Assembly: GCA_000697335.1 (NCBI GenBank)
Contig: JNEM01010324.1
Location: 1 to 41,011 of the forward strand
Reading direction: 5' to 3'
DNA from: Conidiobolus incongruus B7586
Lineage: Eukaryota
DNA length: 41,011 nucleotides
The position numbers and the translations under genes are program-made. The notes under the pieces are model-generated. The model searched no databases, had not been told where the DNA came from, and saw only the letters and a program-made list of their open reading frames with translations. This document shows positions 13,225 through 23,489 of this stretch, in pieces (the stretch's first letter is position 1; each line of letters begins with the position of its first letter).

Positions 13225-14270
13225 ATGAGTCAAGTTCAGTCAAGAGTTAATAATAATAAATTTTATCAATTTAAATTAGTTTTATTAGGTATTTTTTATA
13301 TTCATTATATCATTTCAATTTATTAATACTATATAGGCGAATCTGCTGTTGGAAAGTCAAGGTATTTTTTATTAGACTACAATATGAGTTGTAATAAAAT
13401 ATTCAATAATGCTTTAGCTTGGTTTTAAGGTTTGTTAAAAATCAATTTGATGATTATAGAGAAAGTACTATCGGAGGTAATTATTAATATTTATTAATAT
13501 TTATTAATATTTATTATGTATAATATATTTATATTATTAATAGCTGCCTTCTTGACACAAACACTTCAGTTGGAAGATAACATCACTGTTAAATTAGAAA
13601 TTTGGTAAATTTTCATTTTTAAATATATTTTTAAATTTTATTAATTATTTTGTAAATAGGGATACCGCTGGTCAAGAACGTTATAGAGTAAGTGTTTTTA
13701 TTATTCTTAATTTTTTTTAGATTTTAATTTGGTTTATTGTAGAGTTTGGCTCCTATGTATTATCGCAACGCTAATTGCGCAGTCGTAGTTTATGATATTA
13801 CTCAACCTGTAACTTGATAAAATATTAAAATTGTTTTAATATATTAATACGAGTTATAGACTTCCCTGGAAAAAGCTAAACAATGGATTGAAGAATTACA
13901 TCGCCAAGCTGACCCCAATATCGTTATCGCTTTAGCCGGTAATAAATCGGATTTAGATGCTAGAAGAGCTATCTCTTATGAAGAAGGACGTGATTATGCC
14001 GAGGAAGCTGGTTTAATTTTCTTTGAAACGTCCGCTAAAAACTTTACTAATGTCACAGAATTATTTACTGCTCTAGGTAAATTACATTTTTATTTAACTT
14101 ATTATTAATCATTATTTAATGCTTTTTTTTATTTAATAGCTAAAAAGATGCCATATGACCAATTGGCTGCCAATTCCAGAAATCGTCTCAGCGGTGGTAG
14201 CCAATCTGGTAACTCTAGACTGGATATCTCTCAGGGCAATAATGCCAATCCCAATGGATGTGCTTGTTAA
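13225..14270 (+). CDS. YPT52: Rab5-family small GTPase (Ypt52/Vps21-like), 8 exons; absent from the ORF track
   Basis: Spliced translation: [41 protein letters not shown]...[30 protein letters not shown]...GNKSDL...ETSAK, with a C-terminal CXC prenylation motif (GCAC*). All 7 introns are GT-AG. Confidence 0.93.
13481..13516. repeat. 10-bp tandem repeat (TTATTAATAT x3.5) inside a Rab5 intron
   Basis: Read directly from the sequence. Confidence 0.8.
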
Positions 14271-14965
14271 ATATCATCTATTGTAATTATCAACACTTCA
14301 TTCAATAAGCTTGTAAATTAGAGCCAGGTGATTCTCCTCCCCCCCTCATTTTACTAAACCTATCATCTCTTACTTGTTCCTGTTTCTAATATATTAATAC
14401 TTGATTAATATTTCGATAAAATCTTCACATTTTTTCGATATAAAAATATTATCTCTGTGATTTAATTTATATTGATTAATTTAAATGTAAAAAATACATT
14501 ATTTTTATCATTTATCAATTCTAATAGTATTATTAATATTATAGTTACGAATTATCAGATTTTATAGTTAATATATATTGTAATATATTAATATATTAAC
14601 ATAATGATATCATGAAGTTATTAATGATCTAAAAACTGAACATAGTTATTGGAAATACAGCATTCATGTGTGTTAAGTTGTAAAACTTAAAAATAAAAAT
14701 TCAAATGGTAGTACAGAAATGCAAAATAACAGTAGCACCAAAAATAACTTTATAAAATTATAAAATAACAATTAGTTGCATTGTATAAACTGCATTAATT
14801 CAAATCGTAATTGAGATATGACTATATTTACAGTATTTAATTAAATCATGTTATTCTTATAATATACCTCAAAATTTCAGATCAATATGAAAAGTTATTA
14901 TGTTCAAAATTTTTAATATGTCAAAATGTATCCAGTATAAAATAAAAATATTAGTTATATCATGC

Positions 14966-16322
14966 TTATTTGATAGGAGCATCGATGTTGTTGGGGCAAG
15001 AGCAGACACCAGATGAGGTACGCATTAAATGAACCTTACCGGTTTCGGGATCGATGTAGGCAGCGTTTCTTTCTCCATTGGTCTTCAAACCGGGTTGAAT
15101 TTGTTCCCAGATCTTCTTCTTGGGGTTTAATTGAGCTTCAGGGACAACATCTTCGAAACCTTCGAAGAAGACGCGATCACCAGGCTTGGCGCCGGCAGGA
15201 GGATCGACGAATTCGACCTTGCCTTCAGCAGAGGTAGAGCATAAAACCATACCGTAGGATTTGATACCACGTAAAGCAGCGGGCTTCAAGTTGCAGACAC
15301 CAACAAGTAATTTATCTTGCATTTGCTCTAAAGTGTAGTGCTTGACAAGTCCAGAGACGATGGTACGTTGCTCTTCTTCACCAAAGTCAATGGATTCGAC
15401 ATATAAGGATTCAGCATCGGGGTGAACCTTGACGGAGGTGATCTTACCAACTCTCAAGTCAGCCAAACCAGGAGAGATGACGAGAGGAGCAGGGGCAGCG
15501 GCAGGTTCCTTAGCCTTCTTTTCCTTCTTCTTGGGGTTCAAATTCAAGGCTTCTAGATCCAAGGTGATTTCTTGAACGGCGGCTTGAGATAAAGCTTTGT
15601 TTAATTCCTTTTGTACGTTGTTGAACCATCTCATCAAGTTCAAAAGAGTCTTTTGAGTGTCTAAACCAATGGAGCTGACATAATCACGGACCTTAGCATA
15701 TAAAGCAATATCTGATAAAGTGGACTTAGGACCGGGGAGATAAGATTTTCCAGATAAAGAGGAGTTAAGGATCTAGATCAAGAAGCTTAGAATAGAGCAT
15801 TTCAAGTAAATAATCAAATAAAATACTTTAGCAAGTTCAGCAGGATCTTCAATAGAGATAGCGGTAGTTAACCATTGTTGAACCTATATATCAAATAAAA
15901 AAGCTTAATATTTTTAGTGATACAAAATCAGCTTAACTTACATCAGCTTGCTGGGCGGGTTGAGTACCTAATAATTCGGGCTTTCCACTCAAAGAAACCA
16001 ACTGAGAAATTAAAGTATTAGGAGTATCAATAACGTCACCATTTTCCAAAGTTAAGGTAGTAGCCTAAATCAAAAAATATCCAGTTAATTATCGCATAAA
16101 TCAAATATAATATATAATATTGAGTAATTTTGTAGTTTCAAGATTTAATGTTATTTGAATTAAATATTGATTTTTTATTTAAACTATGAACATAAGCATA
16201 ATTGAATTAAATTTTACCTTATCAGTTTCTTCAACTTTAATGGCATCCTTAAGAGAAGCAGCCAAATGGTGGTAAATAATTGTAACCAAGTTATCACTGG
16301 TGTTTAATTGTAAAGTAGCCAT
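14966..16322 (-). CDS. ARC1: Arc1p/AIMP1-type tRNA-aminoacylation cofactor: GST-like N-domain, Lys/Ala linker and EMAP-II-like tRNA-binding OB fold; 4 exons
   Basis: Exons 16322-16218, 16064-15942, 15883-15827 and 15772-14966 splice in frame. Motifs: ADVQQWL, SYLPG...TLSDIALY, RWFNNVQ, DLRVGKI...HPDAESLYVESID, RTIVSGLV, CNLKPAALRGIKSYGMVLC, LNPKKKIWE. Confidence 0.92.
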
Positions 16323-16408
16323 TTTTATGTTAATTAATTGAATCTAATTAATTTATAAATGTGAATTTGAATAATTTCAAACTTATACATTAATTGAGTT
16401 TGTACCAT

Positions 16409-16417
16409 TTATGGGAT
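16409..16417 (-). promoter_or_regulatory. ATCCCATAA candidate promoter motif (ARC1)
   Basis: Exact 9-mer in sense orientation, about 87 bp upstream of ATG 16322. One of five such copies. Confidence 0.5.
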
Positions 16418-16935
16418 TACTATTAATCTCAATTGCTAAAATTTTTTTTTGCTATATACCAATATCAATTTAGTTTGTATATCAATTATATTCCTATTAT
16501 TGGAAAGGATATCATCTCTAAGTCTTTATAGGATTATATTTAATATAAATAAAGATCAAGGTCATTTTTTGTTTTAATACTTAAAAATTAAAGATCTTAG
16601 AAATCGAAAAATGCCTATATTATTCAAAATGAATCAGTGGAGTTGTTTAAAAATTATGAACCTATATATTTAGGTTGGTTTAATGTGATTGAAAGTAATA
16701 AATACGATGAATTTGGTATAAAAATTAATTGAGTGAAAAATGCCTTGGAATTTCAAGCTTCATCATAGTAAATATATATTGAAATATAAATTTAAATATA
16801 TCTCAAGATGGTATTGAAACAATATAAGGTATAAATTATATAAGTTTGTAATTATATGGATAGAAAAATTAGGAATATGAATATTCAAAATAACTTTATA
16901 ATTCATTGAATTAGTACGTTAATGATTATTGAGTA

Positions 16936-18935
16936 TTATGAGTAGGTAATTGATCTTTCTTCTTAAAATAAGATATTATCACATGGATATAGTACATTAT
17001 TGGAGGGAGCCAGAATCCCTGAGCCAAGAGAATGCAGGTGACTAGGGTGCAATAACCACAAATCTTCCAAAAGTATAAAATACCTTCATCTTTTGTTAAC
17101 TCGGGGAAATTGACGAAATTGGTGCCGTAAACTATATCAAATCAATTAGAATTATATAGAATAAATTCATTGAAAATGGTTTACCTCCTGCAACGAATGT
17201 AACCGGTAAGAAAATACAACTGACAATAGCCAGATATTTCATGGATTCATTAGTATCATAAGAAATTAAATTAAAGATCAAATCAATTAAAGACTCGGCA
17301 CTGCCTACCAAAGTCTCAGTTTCACCCATAATTGTGTTTGAATGCTCCAATACATCAGTTAAATACACTCGAGCTTGTTGTGTAATATTAGGCTGAGTTT
17401 CAAGAGGTTCAAATGCGATTAAAGAATTAACGACAGAATGGAGTGCACTGAATCTCTGCTTGAAGTTATTGATTTCACCCTTAAGAAGGTGAAGTTCTTT
17501 TGTGTATATCATCTTGGGACTGCTCATGACATATTCTTCCAATTGGGCAATTTGATTGGCATAAGAGTCAACAACTTCCATAGTCAAATCAACAGTGACA
17601 TCTAAGATGGATTCAACAAGCAATGATGCATCTTGTGCATTTCTAAGTACCGTATCCTTGTGTCTAAGCTGATTCATAATGGGCTTGTAGAGGAGTGATC
17701 CATCAATAGGGAAAAATGTAATAACTGTAGAATCATTGAGGAGGAAGAGATGGAAAGTTTGACAAGCAATCCGTTGTCTCTCAATTTTGGAATGTTTGAC
17801 TTTAATTGGATCGAAATCTCGGATGTGATGCTTCAAAGTTGGCCATTGGTCAGGGTTGGCAAATGAGTTCACTTGGATATTGTTTTCAGTGGTGATTAAT
17901 TCTAACGACATGAATATGGATGAAGCGAAAGAAGTAATTTTAGTTGCTAAATTCTGAAGTATTAGTTGATAATTTAAATATAATTTGGGTTATTCATACT
18001 GAGTTTCGAGGTGTGGCTATCCAAGAAAATATCTTCCAATGCGAGAGGATGCAATTCTAAGTTGGAGGATAAGTCAATATTAGAAAAATTTATATAATTG
18101 ATAGTTTTTTACTATGAGTGACTGCTAGAGCTTTTAACACATCAAATGCCATTCCTTCGAGATTGATCCATCTTACTTTTGACCATTCGGGGCGCTAAAA
18201 TGAATAAAAAAGTTATTTTTAACATTATAAATGATTGGAAAATCAACCAACTTACAGCTGTAGAATAAGCCTTAAGGAAAGAGCCACTATCCAAGTCAGC
18301 ACAAATTTTAATTTTTTCTAACAAATAACATTGTAGTTGAGCTGTAATTTATTATTTTAAACCCAATACCTTTGCTAAAATCAATAATACTAGCTAATAA
18401 ACCACTCTAATTTTCTACATTAGTTTTCCAATAAACTTTATATGGCGTTAATATTTACTTCATATTCTTTATATGCTGGTGGTGGGTTGTGAATATCTAA
18501 ACCTGGAGCATCGCCTGGATTTGATTTCCATCTAAAATCTATTGTATTGAAATTATAAATATAAAATATAGTATTCATAGAAATGTATTACTTGCTAGTT
18601 CGCTTGCTCTTTTAACATGCATAACTTTCCTGGCAGCTTGTCGAAATCTTTGAAGAGGAGTTTGAAGAGCCTGACTATTGACTGAATGAGAGCTTCCCTG
18701 TCTCTTGTCTATTAATCTAGCTAAAGATGATGAATTATTTGCTCAAATCAGATGCTTTTAAATAAAAATGTTAATTACTACTTTCGTTAACCTGATTATG
18801 TTTATTTGTGAAAGATTTACTATTGGAGTCCTCGGAAAAGTTATTCTTATCGGAATCATAGTCTGCCATAATCTCGTTAATATGATTATTTGTACTGGGA
18901 CTGTCGTAAGTGTTATAATAACGATTTTGATCCAT
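16936..18935 (-). CDS. CorA/ZntB-family divalent cation transporter (fungal type), about 9 exons, signature YGTNF
   Basis: Spliced motifs: RFRQAARKV, PGDAPGLD, RPEWSKVRWINLEG, LHPLALEDI, DASLLVESILD, YLTDVLEH, TNESMKYLAIVSCIFLPVTFVAG|VYGTNFVNFPEL. Last intron 17184-17132; stop TAA at 16938-16936. The exon 1/2 junction is less certain. Confidence 0.9.
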
Positions 18936-19833
18936 CTTGTTCAACAAGTGAAAAAAAATTAAATCAAAAATTTTAAAATCAATATTTTCCTTAAATTTAT
19001 AAACCTCAATTTGGTGTTTTATGAGCGTGTTTTTTGTGGCTAAATATGGTTAAATTTTATTATAAGAGACGCCTTTATTCTGGAATAGAAACCTTTTTTT
19101 AAATTATACAAAATATATATTATTTTAAATTTTATTCAAAGATATATTAAAAATTTCTAAAACATCATATTATATACTCTATTTTGTTTTTAGCAATTAA
19201 AGATTAATTTTTATTATTAATCGTGAGGTAATCTTAAATGATTAAATATAGTTGTAAAAATTATGTAATAGTACTATGAACTATTGTGGTGTAATCAAAA
19301 AAATTTCAAAAAATGCAAGATCATTACTCATTATATTATCTTATTAATCTCAGTTTCGCAAGTGATATATTTTATAAAAAAAATTATTTAATCATATTGC
19401 AATATATAATTAATATTTTAAACATTTTTACTTTTAAACTAATAATTTAATATTTGATAATATTTTTTCATGCTTAAATTTTATTCAAATAGATAATTGT
19501 GAATAAATCATAGAGATATTGAAAGAATTTGATTTTAGAATTAATATTTTATGTTAATTAATTAAAGAACTAAAGACATAATAATTTTGAGCCTAAACTA
19601 GTATTTTAATCAGTATTTTACAAAAAATTCATTACTTTACTATTGTGTAGAATGTGAGTTACTAATTAAATTTTGCAATAAGCCCGGCAAATAATTAATG
19701 TAACTAATATCATATATTTGGTGTCATTCAAATTATATGGAGTTTAACGTATTCGTATTATAAAGATTGGTAAATGATTTAGTATACGAATTCAACTAAT
19801 AGAATTGCAAACCAATATGTAAGTGACAAAATA

Positions 19834-19842
19834 ATCCCATAA
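19834..19842 (+). promoter_or_regulatory. ATCCCATAA candidate promoter motif (Elongin-B-like gene)
   Basis: Exact 9-mer in sense orientation, about 200 bp upstream of ATG 20043. Confidence 0.45.
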
Positions 19843-20042
19843 TATTTGATTCAAAATAATCTATATAATTTAGATCAACATGAATGCGTAATGATATTAT
19901 AAATTCAAAACTCATTCCAAAAAATATTCATTTTAAACCCTATTTTTTATTTATCAATAAACATATTATCAAAAGTAATTAAAATATATATTACCAATTA
20001 ATTATATTCGTAATCAGCCTGTTATTTCAAATATTTTAAAAT

Positions 20043-20519
20043 ATGTCGGTAAGTTGAAAATAATGGCCATTTGTTGTATTAATATAATATTTACTAAATG
20101 TATAGGGAGCAAATACACTTTACACTATCAAATTTCGCAAAGAGAAAAAACTCATATTTTTACAAGTAAAATTTAATGAAAAATTCTCCGATATTAAAAA
20201 GCGTCTATTGAACTATTTCGACGAAGTTGATAACGTTGATAACTTAAAATTATACACCTCTCAAAAGGAAGAGATTAATGAAGCCTTAATAGTTGGATTT
20301 TATAATATTAAAGATTATGATAATTTATATGTAACTACGTTGAATCAAGATACGAATACTTGGGATGAGATTAATGTACCTCCCTTCGAAGAATTGAGAC
20401 CTCTTTTACCGGTTGACCCTGTTTCTCACTTGGGCGAACATTCTATTATCAGTCCTCCTAATGAAATGGGAAACAATGTTGATGACGATTCCGATTCTGA
20501 CTCGGATAAAGATAAATAA
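20043..20519 (+). CDS. Ubiquitin-fold protein resembling Elongin B (139 aa, 2 exons)
   Basis: ATG TCG, then intron 20049-20105 (GTAAGT...TAG), gives MSGANTLYTIKFRKEKKLIFLQVKFNEKFSDIKKRLLNYF...LKLY...INEALIVGFYNIKDYDNLYVT...TWDEINVPPF. This is a ubiquitin-like pattern with an Elongin-B-like C-terminal extension. Confidence 0.7.
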
Positions 20520-20649
20520 TAAACAGTATATTAACATTTTAAAAAGCCGTCCCATACTTTTTTAACTATTTCATTTTAATATATTTATCACACCATTTAA
20601 TAATAAATTTAATTTGATTTACACTAATTCACATTTCATCGAAATTAAC

Positions 20650-21951
20650 ATGAATTTAAAATTAATATTTAGTCCTGGTAATTATTAAATCATAATAATA
20701 AACTATACATTCAATATATTCATTTAAAATTTAAGAAATATATTCCAGAATTATCAGTTTGAGTTGTACACTACCTCTACAATGCATTTTACTTGGTACA
20801 ATTGATTATATTAAAGCTAACAGTCAATATATTATCAATATTCAAGTAAGTATATGACATCATTGCCTTTTATTCAAATTAATTTTATATTTGAATAGAA
20901 TTTTATACCTTATTTCGATCATGAAAATAATCTATCAAGTGTGATAAATAACTACTTAAATTTTGATGGTTTTACAGTTGTTGGATGGTGTTTAGTAAAG
21001 AATTGTCTTAATATATATTATAATATATTAACTTATATTTTACGTATAGTTTTTAGAATCCAACGAAAATATCATTAATTTAAATTCGGTTATTTTAAAG
21101 AATTATTTTAAACAATTTCATTATAATATGATCAAAAACTTGTTAATTAAATTGATTGAAGCAAATTCAAGTATTGTTTACTTATATATTGCTATTATAA
21201 TAGGTTATACTAATTATATATTGATATAGATATTGAATTTAATTTAGTTACTGAATTAAAATTAATTTTAGAACCTTTAGTAGGCCTAATTTTTTCTAAA
21301 CAATTCAAAGTATTGAATAATAATGATGACAATCATCATAATTATTTAATGAGTTTCAATGTTTATAACTGTGAATTGGATGAACAAGTATTAAATCAAC
21401 AGTTGGATGAAATTAACGATTCATCCAATGAAGATTTCCCAATTGGACATGTAATCAATTTATACTAGTCCATTTATTATAATTGTTATACTGACTATGA
21501 ATATTAGATCAATTTATGTGAAGCTCAAGTGCAAATCAGTGAATTAAATATTGGTCGTAAATTGTTTGATGAAAATGAGTAAATGAATATACATCAAATC
21601 CACTGATAGTAACTAATGTTTTATAGTCAAATTTCTCCTACTTTGATCAATCAAACGCAACATTTGATAAATTCGATTCCTAACACAATTCAAGAAAAGA
21701 CAAAATTCTTAGAAGAGATATTAGGGTAATACATCTAATATAATATACTAATGCTTGATTAATAACGATAAATTAGCAATTTAATTGATAAACAAATTAA
21801 TACATACTCTAAAAACTGTCAAGAGTATGATAGTCTCGTGAGTTATTTAACCGTTTTAAATCAACCCCAAGAGGACTTGGTGAGTCAGTTGAACTTGCTC
21901 AAAGTGAAAGATTTTTTGAATTTAAATTTAATGTTGGATAAAAAAATTTAA
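20650..21951 (+). CDS. MPN-minus domain protein resembling Abraxas/ABRO1 (FAM175), 306 aa, 8 exons; absent from the ORF track
   Basis: Exons 20650-20677, 20736-20845, 20899-20994, 21050-21170, 21230-21450, 21508-21578, 21627-21725 and 21777-21951 total 921 nt. They splice without stops through seven 48-59 bp GT-AG introns. Motifs: CILLG, YIINIQNFIP, TVVGWCL, and a helical C-terminus. The gene model is strong; the family call is moderate. Confidence 0.75.
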
Positions 21952-22017
21952 TAAACTTTCTATATTTTGATTATCTATATTTTAATTGATTCAATATTCC
22001 TCATAATTTGAATCCTC

Positions 22018-22026
22018 ATCCCATAA
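22018..22026 (+). promoter_or_regulatory. ATCCCATAA candidate promoter motif (YIF1)
   Basis: Exact 9-mer in sense orientation, about 65 bp upstream of ATG 22091. Confidence 0.5.
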
Positions 22027-22090
22027 TCATTTAGACTATTTATAAATTAATGATTTGTTGACTTTCATATTCATTCAATCACATTTCACC

Positions 22091-23313
22091 ATGTATCACC
22101 AAGACCAGAATTACCAGTACGATCAAAGTAATTTTCACCATCGTAACACAAACCACCAGTCGTACTCCCAGTATAGTGACAACTATCAGCCTGAACCAAG
22201 CCAACAGTATGGTCAATCTAATCCCTACCATCCTCAGCAACAACAATATGCTGATTATAATGCTATGCCATTTAACCCTTTTCAAAACTCTGCTACAGCT
22301 CAATTAGGTGTTCAATTTGGACAAAATGCTATGGATGCAGGTACCAAATATGTTCAACAAAATGTAGCCTAATTATTTTTTTTATATATATTAACCAATT
22401 CATCTTTATTAACCAATTACTATATAGTGGAATAGATATGTTGACATTCCCAAAATTAAACATTATTTCAATGTGAATAACAAGTACGTTTTAAATAAAT
22501 TGGGATTATTGTTATTCCCTTTTAGACATAAGGTAATTCATATTAACAATTCAGGTTAACCAATTATTTAGTTTAACATCTTTGTTTTCAATAGTCTTGG
22601 GCTAGAAAAACAAGACATGGTGACGGTACTCAAGGCGAATCCTATGAACCTCCAAGAGAGGATATCAATGCTCCTGATTTGTATATTCCAGGTAAATTAA
22701 TTTAAATCTATTATCTACTATTTATTAATTATTTATCATATTTTGATAGTAATGGCATTCGTCACTTACATTTTATCTGTTGGTTTTGTTGCTGGTATCA
22801 GTGAAAAGTAAATTTATTAAATATTCATTTCAAATGTTTCAATTTTGACGATTTTTTTGTAGCTTTGAACCGAAAATTTTGGGACTTACAGCTAGTAAAG
22901 CTTTGGGAGTTGTATTACTGGAAGTACTTTTACTCAAGTTGGGGTGCTATCTCTTTTCAGTTACTTCAGATACTCAACTCCTCGATTTGATAAGTTATTG
23001 TGGTTATAAATTTGTTGGAATTATTATTACTATGTTATTCAAAGCTTTCATCCCTCAAACCATGTATTATCTTAACTGGGTCATCTTTAGTTATACTAGC
23101 TTAGCTACAGGATTCTTTTTGGTAAGCTATTATTTATTTTTATTTATTTCAATTTCATTGATTCATTCATCTTAATAGTTGAGATCTTTACGCTACATTG
23201 TTCTACCTGATTTAAGCATGACTGCCTCCAATCCTTTCAGAAAGAGAAGAGTCAATATGTTATTTGGTATTGCAGCATTACAATTAGTGTCTTGTTATCT
23301 ACTCTGGGTCTAA
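22091..23313 (+). CDS. YIF1: YIF1 ER-Golgi membrane protein, 6 exons
   Basis: Spliced motifs: [83 protein letters not shown]. Stop TAA at 23311-23313. Confidence 0.95.
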
Positions 23314-23489
23314 TCTTAATATCTAATAAACAGTCATATACTTTGATAATTGAATAAAGAATTAATCATATTACTTTGATATTAATTTTATATTATTTTA
23401 TATTATTTTTACTAGTTTAATTATGAAAAAAGCAAGACTAAATTTCATTTAATTGAATCTAAAATAATATAATACTCTAATTTTTTCGA

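Noticed and set aside
16065..16217. Unusually long (153 bp) ARC1 first intron as a snoRNA host
   Set aside because: No C/D boxes or H/ACA hairpins visible; the sequence is uniformly AT-rich.
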